Assembly (NCBI GenBank): GCA_020624805.1
Contig: JAHKVW010000017.1
Coordinates: 6,185 to 70,184 of the forward strand
Direction: 5' to 3'
DNA length: 64,000 nt
DNA from: a bacterium
GTDB lineage: Bacteria; Bacillota; Clostridia; Oscillospirales; Acutalibacteraceae
The notes beneath the pieces are model-generated. The model saw nothing but the letters and a program-made list of their open reading frames with translations, searched no databases and was not told where the DNA came from. Of the stretch, positions 30,904-39,627 are shown in pieces. The translations under genes and the position numbers were made by a program. Every line of letters begins with the position of its first letter. The stretch's first letter is position 1.

Positions 30904-30941
30904 ACAGAAGAAGATTTCACTTCTGAAAAGAGGGTGTCACC

Positions 30942-32150
30942 GTGACAACGGAAGAAAACCAGATCATGCAGTATATCGAGGAAGAGGACGTCAAGTTCAT
31001 CCGTCTTGCTTTCTGCGATATTTTCGGCGCGCAAAAGAATATCTCCGTCCAGCCCACCGAGCTGCAAAGGGCATTTGAAAGGGGCTATCCGATCGACGCT
31101 TCTTATGTGTCGGGCTTCGGCGGCGATTACGGCGTCGACGTTTGGCTGCGTCCCGAAGCGGATACCGTTTCCGTTCTCCCGTGGCGGCCGGAGCACGGCA
31201 AGGTGATCCGGATGTTCTGCGCACTGTGCTACTCAGACGGCAGACCGATCGAGGCGGATACGCGCTCTTTGTTGCGCGGCGCTGTGGAATATGCCCGCCA
31301 AAAGGGCTATCGCTTCCACTTCAAGTCCGAGATGCAGTTCTATCTTTTCAAGACCGATGAAAACGGAAACCGAACCGCTATTCCCTACGATCACGCGGGT
31401 TATATGGATATCGCGCCGCTGGATAAGGGCGAGAATATCCGCCGCGAGGTATGCCTGACGCTCGAGCAGATGGGCGTCATGCCCGAAAGCTCGCATCATG
31501 AAGCGGGACCCGGTCAGAATGAGATCGACTTCAAGTATGCTCAAGCTCTCCCTGCCGCCGATAATACAAGCACCTTTATCTCCGTCGTCCGCACGATCGC
31601 CGCGCAAAGCGGCTTGTATGCCGATTTTTCGCCGAAGCCGATCTCCGATAAGCCCGGCTCGGCGCTCCATATCCGTATGTCTGTCAAAGCAAAGGACGGC
31701 GAGGACGTCACCGAACGCGCTATCGCGGGTATCCTGAAGAACATCGCGGACATGACCATTTTTCTCAATCCGACCGAAAAATCCTTCAAGCGATTCAACA
31801 AGATGAAAGCGCCTAAATTTATCACATGGTCGGACAAAAACCGCGCTCAGCTGATTTTTGCGACCCGTACCGAGAGCGGCGGCAGATGCTTACAGCTTCG
31901 CTCTCCCGACCCCAACGCCAATCCCTATCTCGCGTTCGCGCTGATGATATACGCGGCGGTCGACGGCATCCAAAACGACTATCCGCTTTCTCCTTCGATC
32001 GATACAGAGCTGCAATACCTCTCCTCATCCGAGCAAAACGAGATAGAGCTTTTGCCCGATACTATCGTCAGGGCGCAGAACGCGGCTCTGAACAGCGACT
32101 TCATCAAGCGGTTTGTCCCCGACAGCATCATCAAAGCATATTGTAACTGA
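30942..32150 (+). CDS. glutamine synthetase type I-like protein, catalytically degenerate (paralog 2)
   Basis: Same length (402 aa) and the same substitutions as paralog 1 (EMQF, MKAP, LIFA, QLRS). Confidence 0.85.
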   Translation: MTTEENQIMQYIEEEDVKFIRLAFCDIFGAQKNISVQPTELQRAFERGYPIDASYVSGFGGDYGVDVWLRPEADTVSVLPWRPEHGKVIRMFCALCYSDGRPIEADTRSLLRGAVEYARQKGYRFHFKSEMQFYLFKTDENGNRTAIPYDHAGYMDIAPLDKGENIRREVCLTLEQMGVMPESSHHEAGPGQNEIDFKYAQALPAADNTSTFISVVRTIAAQSGLYADFSPKPISDKPGSALHIRMSVKAKDGEDVTERAIAGILKNIADMTIFLNPTEKSFKRFNKMKAPKFITWSDKNRAQLIFATRTESGGRCLQLRSPDPNANPYLAFALMIYAAVDGIQNDYPLSPSIDTELQYLSSSEQNEIELLPDTIVRAQNAALNSDFIKRFVPDSIIKAYCN

Positions 32151-32191
32151 TAATACGAAAGGCAGTCTGTTTTCGTGACCGATAGAGCACC

Positions 32192-32460
32192 AAGCCTTCC
32201 CCTCGGGGGGAAGGTGGGCAATTTGCTCTGTGCAAATTGGTCGGATGAGGGGCTGACTTATCCGACTGTTCTTCTTAACAAAGAGAGTAATGTTTTTCCT
32301 TTATTCTCGGTATACTTTTCGCCTCACCGAGTCCGACATCACCGGGAAAGGCTATCCCCCTCATCCGTCACCCTACGGGCGACACCTTCTCCTCGCCGGA
32401 AGCGGCTCCCCCCTTGTCCTTCGGACATTCCCCCAACGGGGGTACCCCGAGGGGAAGGCT
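32192..32460. repeat. REP/MITE-like family 2 cluster between convergent genes
   Basis: Termini AAGCCTTCCCC...GGGGAAGGCT; internal CCCCTCATCCG/CGGATGAGGGG inverted copies. Confidence 0.65.
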
Positions 32461-32559
32461 TTTTGGCGACATATGACAATAAAAGATTTATCTTTTGGAC
32501 GAAAGTTCAAGGGACTGTGGAAACAAAGCATGACGCTTTATTTCCACAGTCCCTTCATT

Positions 32560-33738
32560 TTATCTCAATAACTTTTTGATTCTCTCTACCGCTTCTACGG
32601 TGTTCTCTCTGTCGCCGAAGGAGGTCAGTCGAAAATAGCCTTTTCCCTGACTGCCGAAGCCCTCGCCGGGGGTTCCGACCACCTGCGCGTTTTCGAGAAG
32701 GTAATCGAAGAACTCCCAGCTTCCCATGCCTTTGGGGCACTCCAGCCAGATATACGGTGAGTTTTTACCGCCCGTATAGAATATCCCCAGCTCGTCGAGC
32801 GCCGCGGAGATAATCCGCGCGTTCTCTTTATAGTATTCGATATTTGCTTTGAATTCTTTTTGTCCCTCTTCGGAGAATACGGCGGCCGCGGCGCACTGCA
32901 CGGGATAGGACACGCCGTTGAATTTGGTCGCCTGACGGCGGTACCAAAGGGCATGGATATTGTGACCGTCGCGGACAAGCTCCTTCGGGATCACCGTATA
33001 GCCGCAGCGCACACCGGTAAAGCCCGCTGTCTTTGACAGAGAGCAGAATTCGATCGCACATTCTCTTGCCCCGTCGATCGCAAAGATCGAGCGCGGACAA
33101 TCATCCTCGATAAACGCCTCATATGCCGCGTCGTACAGGATGACCGCGTCATTTTTAATGGCGTAATCCACCCACGCCTTGAGCTGATCGGTACTGTAAG
33201 CCGCGCCGGTGGGATTATTCGGCGAGCAAAGATAGATGATATCCGCATGGATGCTCTCGTCGGGCATGGGCAGAAAACGATTCTCCCGCGTACCCGGCGC
33301 GTATACGATCTTCCTGCCCGCCATGATGTTCGCGTCGACATAGACGGGATAGACGGGATCGGGCACCATCACGGTGTTATCGGCGCCGAAAATATCGCCG
33401 ATATTGCCCGTGTCGGACTTTGCGCCGTCGCTGATAAAGACCTCATTCGCTTCGATCTTAACGCCGAAGCCGTCATAGTATCGGGCGACCGCCTCACGTA
33501 CAAAATCATAGCCCTCATATTCGGGATAACCCTTGAAGGTCTCTTTGAAGCTCAGCTCTCCCGCGCCGACCTTCATCGCCTGTACGGCAGTGCGCGGCAG
33601 CGGGAGCGTAACGTCGCCGATGCCGAGCCGGATGAGCTTTTGCTCAGGATGCGCGGCGGCATACGCCGAAGTCTTTTTCGCTATCTCGGCAAAGAGATAG
33701 TTTGGGACTAAATTATCAAAATTTCGGTTGATCTTCAT
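32560..33738 (-). CDS. dapL: LL-diaminopimelate aminotransferase
   Basis: NYLFAEIAKK, LGIGDVT, SDGAKSD, CSPNNPTG, SLSKTAGFTGVRCG, FRLTSFG. Confidence 0.95.
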   Translation of the reverse strand: MKINRNFDNLVPNYLFAEIAKKTSAYAAAHPEQKLIRLGIGDVTLPLPRTAVQAMKVGAGELSFKETFKGYPEYEGYDFVREAVARYYDGFGVKIEANEVFISDGAKSDTGNIGDIFGADNTVMVPDPVYPVYVDANIMAGRKIVYAPGTRENRFLPMPDESIHADIIYLCSPNNPTGAAYSTDQLKAWVDYAIKNDAVILYDAAYEAFIEDDCPRSIFAIDGARECAIEFCSLSKTAGFTGVRCGYTVIPKELVRDGHNIHALWYRRQATKFNGVSYPVQCAAAAVFSEEGQKEFKANIEYYKENARIISAALDELGIFYTGGKNSPYIWLECPKGMGSWEFFDYLLENAQVVGTPGEGFGSQGKGYFRLTSFGDRENTVEAVERIKKLLR

Positions 33739-33800
33739 ATCGTTTCCTTCCTTGGCAGGTTGAGATACAGTTATTCAAGGCTCCCTTTGGTAAAGGGGAG

Positions 33801-34382
33801 CTATAGATATCTGTCGATCACGATCTGAGCCGCCTGACGCTTGGTGATCCCCGCCGCCATCGCCTGCTGTTCGATATACCGATGAGCATCGATCTCGCTC
33901 ATATCCTCATTATCGATCAAAAACCATTTTGCTTTGTTGACGATGCGGATCTCCTGCAGTTTATCCTCGGCTTTGCCCGCCTTTTTCTCTACGGTTCTCA
34001 ACATCTCGCGCGCGGAGATCAAGAGAGATAACGCCTGTATGATCGTCTGCTGTGAGGACGGCTTGCGAATGACAAAAACGCCGTAAGACACGGTTCTTTG
34101 CATGATGTCCTCGTACACATCCGAGGGCGCGAAGATGACCGCCAGCGTGCCGACATGATCCGTCACGTCGATGCACAGGTGCGAGCCGAACTCGTCGCTG
34201 AGCGGCGCGTTGACGATCACAAAATCATAGCTCTTTTCCGTCAGAACGCGTCTTGCCTCGCCCGCGTTCGTCACATGATCGGTGTGAAAATGTCTTTCGC
34301 GCAGAAGGGAGCTTATCTCTTGCATGAACCTTTCAGACAGCGAGACCACCAACGCATGATAGCGAACCTGTTCTAAAGTCAT
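33801..34382 (-). CDS. ANTAR antiterminator with pseudo-receiver domain (paralog 2)
   Basis: YDFVIVNAPL (Asn at the phospho-site); RIVNKAKWFLI...SEIDAHRYIEQQAM. Confidence 0.9.
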   Translation of the reverse strand: MTLEQVRYHALVVSLSERFMQEISSLLRERHFHTDHVTNAGEARRVLTEKSYDFVIVNAPLSDEFGSHLCIDVTDHVGTLAVIFAPSDVYEDIMQRTVSYGVFVIRKPSSQQTIIQALSLLISAREMLRTVEKKAGKAEDKLQEIRIVNKAKWFLIDNEDMSEIDAHRYIEQQAMAAGITKRQAAQIVIDRYL

Positions 34383-34431
34383 ATTCTCCCTTCACCTCTT
34401 TTCGATCCGTACACGGAAGTACGATCAACGT

Positions 34432-34516
34432 AAAAAGGCGCTATTCGGGCACAAGCTCCCAAATAAACGCCTTTGTTTATCGAGGCTATTATAGCATTAT
34501 TCGCATATTATGTCAA
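34432..34516 (-). promoter_or_regulatory. ANTAR2 promoter plus ANTAR-type attenuator (autoregulation)
   Basis: TTGACA-N17-TATAAT; AAAC[AAAGGC]GTTT; terminator ...CCCGAATAGCGCCTTTTT. Confidence 0.85.
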
Positions 34517-34570
34517 TCGTTTAAAACGTCAAAGCGTTAAATTTTTTTGATAATTTTTTCACGATTACCC

Positions 34571-34663
34571 TTGACAAATGAAAATTCGCGTCGTATAATG
34601 CGTGCTGTAAAGACAAAGGCGTTTTGAACCTGCGTGGTTTGAAACGCCTTTGTCTATTTCTTT
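34571..34663 (+). promoter_or_regulatory. glnN promoter plus ANTAR-type attenuator
   Basis: TTGACA-N17-TATAAT; AGAC[AAAGGC]GTTT; 3' arm AAACGCCTTTGTCT then ATTTCTTT. Confidence 0.88.
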
Positions 34664-34682
34664 ACGAAAAGGAGAAGGTATT

Positions 34683-36776
34683 ATGGCAAACGTAGCAGAA
34701 TATTTCGGAAGTCTGGTATTTGACGACAAGACGATGAAAGAGCGGCTGGATCCCAAAATCTACAAGCAGCTCCGCAAAACGATCGACGACGGCGAGCAGC
34801 TGAATATTCAGGTAGCGAACGCCGTAGCCGCCGCGTTAAAGGAATGGGCGGTAGAAAAGGGCGCGACCCACTATACCCACTGGTTCCAACCGCTGACCGG
34901 TATCACCGCCGAAAAGCATGACAGCTTTATCACTCCCTCGCCCGACGGCAGAGTGATCATGGAATTCTCCGGCAAGGAGCTGATCAAGGGCGAGCCTGAC
35001 GCGTCCTCGTTCCCCTCGGGCGGTCTGCGCGCGACCTTTGAAGCAAGAGGCTATACCGCGTGGGACCCCACCTCCTACGCTTTCATCAAGGGCAAGACCC
35101 TTTGTATCCCCACCGCGTTCGCTTCCTACAGCGCCGACGCGCTGGATAAAAAGACGCCGCTTTTGCGCTCCATGCAGGCGCTGAACATTCAGGCAACGCG
35201 CGTCTTGAAGCTCTTCGGCAACGAGGACGTCAAGCGTGTCGTCACCTCTGTCGGACCCGAGCAGGAATACTTTTTGGTTCCCAAGGAGCTGTACGCGAAG
35301 CGCAAGGATCTGATCTATACGGGACGAACCCTCTTCGGCGCGCGTCCTCCCAAGGGTCAGGAGCTCGACGATCACTATTTCGGTACCATCAAGCCGCGTG
35401 TGCTCGCCTATATGGAGGATCTCAACGACGAGCTGTGGAAGCTCGGCATCCTCGCGAAAACCCAGCATAACGAGGTCGCGCCCGCTCAGCATGAGCTGGC
35501 TCCCATCTACACGACGACCAATGTCGCGACCGATCACAACCAGCTGACGATGGAGATCATGCAGAAGGTCGCGGAGCGTCACGGTCTGGTATGTCTGCTG
35601 CACGAAAAGCCCTTTAAGGGCGTGAACGGCTCGGGCAAGCACAACAACTGGTCGATCGGCACGGATACCGGCGTCAACCTGCTCACTCCCGGTGAGACGC
35701 CGTTTGAGAACGTCCAGTTCCTGCTGTTCCTCGTAGCGGTCATCAAGGCGGTCGACGAGTATCAGGATCTGCTGAGACTGTCCGTCGCGACCGCCGGTAA
35801 CGATCACCGTCTGGGCGCGAATGAAGCGCCGCCCGCCGTCATCTCCATCTTCCTCGGCGACGAGCTGACTGCCGTTCTGGACGCGATCGAGAACGATACC
35901 GAGTATGAGGGCACCAAGAAGAAATATATGAAGCTCGGCGTTGACGTTCTGCCGCGTTTCAGACGCGACACCACCGACCGCAACCGTACCTCGCCCTTTG
36001 CGTTCACGGGCAACAAGTTCGAGTTCCGTATGCTCGGTTCCTCCAACTCCATCGCCTGCTGCAATATGATGCTCAACTCCGCTGTCGCGGAAGTCTTGAA
36101 GCAGTTTGCGGATGTGCTGGAGAATTCCGAGAACTTTGAAAATGATGTTCACAACCTGATCCGCAAGACGATCAAGGATCACAAGCGGATCATCTTCAAC
36201 GGCAACGGTTATGACGACGCTTGGATCGAAGAAGCCGAAAAGCGCGGACTCTCCAATCTCAGAACCACCGCCGACGCGATGCCGCATCTGCTGGATGAAA
36301 AGAACGTCGCGATGCTGACCTCTCATAAGGTGTTCACCAAAGCGGAGCTGGAAAGCCGCATGGAGATCATGTTGGAAAACTACGTCAAGCAGGTCAACAT
36401 CGAAGCACTGACGATGGTGGATATGACCGGCAAACAGATCATCCCCGCGATCGAAACCTATCTGATGAAGCTTTTGAAGAATGTTTCTATGAAGAAGGCG
36501 ATCTCGCCCGATATCAGCTGCGCCTATGAGACCGCGAACATCGAGAAGCTCTCCGCTGCCTGTGACGAGATGAGCGCCAACGCGGGTATCCTCGAGCGCT
36601 TGGCGGAGCACCTCGCTCATATCGATGATATCGTGGAGCAGGCGAACTTCGTCCGCGACGAGCTCCTGCCGCAGATGGATACGCTGCGCAGCTATGCCGA
36701 CGCCGCGGAAGCGGTCGTTGACGCGGAGATCTGGCCGCTGCCGACCTACGGCGAGCTGCTCTTCGGCGTAAGATAA
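34683..36776 (+). CDS. glnN: glutamine synthetase type III
   Basis: [75 protein letters not shown]; catalytic motifs intact. Confidence 0.96.
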   Translation: MANVAEYFGSLVFDDKTMKERLDPKIYKQLRKTIDDGEQLNIQVANAVAAALKEWAVEKGATHYTHWFQPLTGITAEKHDSFITPSPDGRVIMEFSGKELIKGEPDASSFPSGGLRATFEARGYTAWDPTSYAFIKGKTLCIPTAFASYSADALDKKTPLLRSMQALNIQATRVLKLFGNEDVKRVVTSVGPEQEYFLVPKELYAKRKDLIYTGRTLFGARPPKGQELDDHYFGTIKPRVLAYMEDLNDELWKLGILAKTQHNEVAPAQHELAPIYTTTNVATDHNQLTMEIMQKVAERHGLVCLLHEKPFKGVNGSGKHNNWSIGTDTGVNLLTPGETPFENVQFLLFLVAVIKAVDEYQDLLRLSVATAGNDHRLGANEAPPAVISIFLGDELTAVLDAIENDTEYEGTKKKYMKLGVDVLPRFRRDTTDRNRTSPFAFTGNKFEFRMLGSSNSIACCNMMLNSAVAEVLKQFADVLENSENFENDVHNLIRKTIKDHKRIIFNGNGYDDAWIEEAEKRGLSNLRTTADAMPHLLDEKNVAMLTSHKVFTKAELESRMEIMLENYVKQVNIEALTMVDMTGKQIIPAIETYLMKLLKNVSMKKAISPDISCAYETANIEKLSAACDEMSANAGILERLAEHLAHIDDIVEQANFVRDELLPQMDTLRSYADAAEAVVDAEIWPLPTYGELLFGVR

Positions 36777-36779
36777 ATA

Positions 36780-36825
36780 GGTTGAGATTGCCACAGCATT
36801 GACAGATCAATGCTTCGCAATGACG
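36780..36825. repeat. REP-like family 1 unit
   Basis: GGTTGAGATTGCCACAGC...GCTTCGCAATGAC. Confidence 0.8.
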
Positions 36826-36835
36826 ATTGATAAAA

Positions 36836-36876
36836 GTACAAAGGCGTACTCTGCTTTCGCGGGGTACGCCTTTATT
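36836..36876 (+). promoter_or_regulatory. intercistronic ANTAR-type attenuator before amt
   Basis: GTAC[AAAGGC]GTAC inside the AAAGGCGTACTCTGC/GCGGGGTACGCCTTT stem. Confidence 0.82.
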
Positions 36877-36900
36877 AGTGGTCAGTGGTTAGTGGTCAGT
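36877..36900 (+). repeat. heptamer tandem repeat AGTGGTY x3
   Basis: AGTGGTC AGTGGTT AGTGGTC AGT. Confidence 0.8.
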
Positions 36901-36979
36901 TAACCGATGACCGAAACAAAATAAACAATGCTAATGACCGGCAATATGCAGCCGGTTACTCAATTTGGAAGGTGAAACT

Positions 36980-38707
36980 ATGACTATGACAGTAGAATTC
37001 TGGTTCCTGATCGGAGCCGCGCTGGTGTTCTGGATGCAGGCAGGCTTTGCCATGGTAGAGGCGGGCTTTACCCGCGCCAAGAACGCCGGAAACATCATCA
37101 TGAAAAACCTGATGGACTTTTGTATCGGCACGGTCGTGTTCGCTCTCTTGGGCTACACGATCATGATGGGCGAGGATACCCTGTTCGGACTGATCGGTAT
37201 CCCGAACATGGACTTGTTCGGTCACTTCAAGGAGTTCATCGCGTCTCCCGGGAACGGCGACTTTACCGCCGCTTCCACATTCGTATTCAACCTCGTTTTC
37301 TGCGCCACCACCGCGACCATCGTATCCGGCGCGATGGCGGAAAGAACGAAATTCTCCGCTTACTGTATCTACTCGGGCGTTATCTCGCTGTTCATCTACC
37401 CGATCGAAGCGCACTGGATCTGGGGCGGCGGCTGGCTCTCTCAGCTGGGCTTCCATGACTACGCAGGTTCCTGCGCGATCCACATGGTCGGCGGCATCGC
37501 GGCATTGATCGGCGCGGCGGTGCTCGGACCCCGTCTCGGAAAATACGAGCGTGATGAAAACGGCAAGGTCGTCAAGGTCAACGCATTCCCCGGTCACAAC
37601 ATCGTCATCGGCGCGTTGGGCGTATTCATCCTGTGGCTCGGTTGGTACGGCTTCAACGGCGCGGCGGCGACTACTCCGAGTGAGCTTGCTTCTATCTTTT
37701 TGACTACCACCATCGCTCCCGCGGTCGCCACCTGCGTCACGATGGCATTCACATGGATTAAAAACGGCAAGCCCGATGTATCCATGTGCCTGAACGCATC
37801 CTTGGCAGGCTTGGTCGGAATCACCGCAGGCTGCGACGCGCTTGACGCGATCGGCGCGACCGTCGTCGGCGTTGTCAGCGGTATTCTGGTTGTCGTCGTG
37901 GTCGAGGTGCTTGACATGAAGCTGCACATCGACGATCCCGTCGGCGCGGTCGGCGTTCACATGGCAAACGGTATCTGGGGCACGATCGCGGTCGGTCTGC
38001 TCGCGAATCCCGACGCTCCCGCAGGGCTCAGCGGCTTGCTGTATACAGGAGATTTCCGTCAGCTCGGCTTACAGCTCTTAGGCTTCGGCTCCGTTGCGGT
38101 ATACGCGGCGATCATGATGGTCATCACCTTTGTGATCATCAAAAAGACGATCGGACTGCGCGCAACGGCTGAGGAAGAGATCATGGGTCTCGACATCACC
38201 GAGCACGGCCTGCCGTCGGCATACGCGGGCTTTGCGGCGACATCGGAGGACTATTCCGTATACGGCGAGGACGTCGCCGTCGTCGCGGGTGAAACGCCCG
38301 TGGCAGAAGCTGTCGAGGTCAAGAGCGTTCCGTCCTTTGATAACGGCGAGCAACGGTTCACAAAGATCGAGATCATCTGTAAGGAAGCTCGGTTTGAAAA
38401 GCTCAAGAGAGCGATGGCACAACTCGGCATCACCGGCATGACCGTTACCCATGTCATGGGCTACGGCTCACAGAAGGGCAAGCCCGAGTATTACCGCGGT
38501 GTTTTGGTCGATACCAACCTGCTGCCGAAGATCCAGGTCGAGATGGTCGTATCCGCGATCCCTGTCCGCGACGTGATCGAAGCGGCAAAGAGAGCGCTCT
38601 ATACCGGACACATCGGCGACGGCAAGATCTTCGTTTACAACGTAGATAATATTGTCAAGGTGCGCACCGGAGAAGAAGGCTATGCCGCCTTGCAGGATGT
38701 GGAATAA
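36980..38707 (+). CDS. amtB: ammonium transporter fused to a C-terminal P-II (GlnK-like) domain
   Basis: MQAGFAMVEAG, HWIWGGGWL, DYAGSCAIH, WLGWYGFNG, DDPVGAVGVH; P-II GITGMTV...YRG...TGHIGDGKIFV...VRTGE. Confidence 0.95.
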   Translation: MTMTVEFWFLIGAALVFWMQAGFAMVEAGFTRAKNAGNIIMKNLMDFCIGTVVFALLGYTIMMGEDTLFGLIGIPNMDLFGHFKEFIASPGNGDFTAASTFVFNLVFCATTATIVSGAMAERTKFSAYCIYSGVISLFIYPIEAHWIWGGGWLSQLGFHDYAGSCAIHMVGGIAALIGAAVLGPRLGKYERDENGKVVKVNAFPGHNIVIGALGVFILWLGWYGFNGAAATTPSELASIFLTTTIAPAVATCVTMAFTWIKNGKPDVSMCLNASLAGLVGITAGCDALDAIGATVVGVVSGILVVVVVEVLDMKLHIDDPVGAVGVHMANGIWGTIAVGLLANPDAPAGLSGLLYTGDFRQLGLQLLGFGSVAVYAAIMMVITFVIIKKTIGLRATAEEEIMGLDITEHGLPSAYAGFAATSEDYSVYGEDVAVVAGETPVAEAVEVKSVPSFDNGEQRFTKIEIICKEARFEKLKRAMAQLGITGMTVTHVMGYGSQKGKPEYYRGVLVDTNLLPKIQVEMVVSAIPVRDVIEAAKRALYTGHIGDGKIFVYNVDNIVKVRTGEEGYAALQDVE

Positions 38708-38802
38708 CAGATTTATGAGGAGCCGCAGTTCCCTTCAAATAGTCAAAAACCCTGAATAACAACTCTCATTAAGTTGCCAAAAAGACAGGCTCCCCTAAGT
38801 CA

Positions 38803-38835
38803 CAGACCCCGAGGACATATTCCCCGGGGTCTGCA
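38803..38835 (+). terminator. terminator after amt-PII
   Basis: CAGACCCCG...CCGGGGTCTG hairpin then CATTTT. Confidence 0.6.
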
Positions 38836-38842
38836 TTTTATC

Positions 38843-39136
38843 TTATATACTGTTTTCCAAATCTCTCTTGCCGTACATTACTCTCAGGATAGAAACAGTT
38901 CCGGCGCTCTCTTCTACCGAATAGAACACAAGATAATTGTCAACAGGCATCAATCGAATATCATTTTTATAGACAGGAAACCGCTTTGGCAGTTGATCGA
39001 GATTTTCGATCCTGTTCTCCAATCGGGATAACTGTGCTTCGGCGTTTTCCGGTGACAGCAATGACAAGGCGATATACTCATAGATTGCGCGGATATCTTT
39101 ATCTGCCTGTGAAGAGATGTTTACCGAATAATTCAC
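38843..39136 (-). CDS. type II toxin, RelE/ParE family
   Basis: YSVNISSQADKDIRAIYEYIA...VDNYLVFY...ILRVMYGKRD. Confidence 0.88.
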   Translation of the reverse strand: MNYSVNISSQADKDIRAIYEYIALSLLSPENAEAQLSRLENRIENLDQLPKRFPVYKNDIRLMPVDNYLVFYSVEESAGTVSILRVMYGKRDLENSI

Positions 39137-39438
39137 AGTTTATAATCCTTTCTGATATCGGCAAACGCTTGCTTTGACTCTTTGACCTTGCCGCTCTTGA
39201 CGTCATCGATCCCCTTTTGCAGTTCAAGGTCGATCTCCTGCTCGGTGAGCTGATTGAAGTTCAATACACTTTGTTCAGGCAATTTCAGTTCAAACGGCAT
39301 TCCTCTTTGCAATATGATCTGTTTGTAAAACATATTGATCGCATTGGATGCGGGGATTCCGAGTGCGGATAGTATACTTTCTGCTTGCTCTTTTAATTCC
39401 GGTTCGATCCTCACATAAAGATTTGCGGTTTTTGACAT
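39133..39438 (-). CDS. type II antitoxin, RelB/DinJ family
   Basis: LYVRIEPELKEQAESILSALGIPASNAINMFYKQIILQRGMPF; GTGA overlap with the toxin. Confidence 0.9.
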   Translation of the reverse strand: MSKTANLYVRIEPELKEQAESILSALGIPASNAINMFYKQIILQRGMPFELKLPEQSVLNFNQLTEQEIDLELQKGIDDVKSGKVKESKQAFADIRKDYKL

Positions 39439-39531
39439 TTTCAATGCTCCTTTCCGTGTGTTCTGTATCTATTATACACAATTGTAAGCACAAACGCAAT
39501 ACATCTGACCGAAATAGTACCGGATCATTTC

Positions 39532-39609
39532 TTGACAAACATCATGACAAGTAATATAATACTTGATGGCAAAGACGCCTTGAATCTCCAAAGCGTCTTT
39601 GCCTTTTTT
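39532..39609 (+). promoter_or_regulatory. purF-carAB promoter plus ANTAR-type attenuator (AAAGAC loop variant)
   Basis: TTGACA-N17-TATAAT; GGC[AAAGAC]GCC; 3' arm GCGTCTTTGCC then TTTTTT. Confidence 0.8.
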
Positions 39610-39627
39610 ATGTAAAAAAGAGGTTTT

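Noticed and set aside
32175-32579. 134-aa and 93-aa ORFs between GS-like 2 and dapL
   Set aside because: Made of REP-like palindromes; no RBS or protein-like features.
34836-36794. Long antisense ORFs (652 aa here; also 12410-13942, 28512-29705, 36956-37960, 24659-25435 and others)
   Set aside because: Shadow frames opposite well-supported genes in GC-rich DNA; no RBS or recognisable motifs.
26130-39609. AAAGGCG...CGCCTTT repeats read as a DNA operator or CRISPR-like array
   Set aside because: Variable self-complementary spacers, strand-specific G-U pairs and U-tracts indicate RNA terminators; no regular repeat-spacer period and no cas genes.
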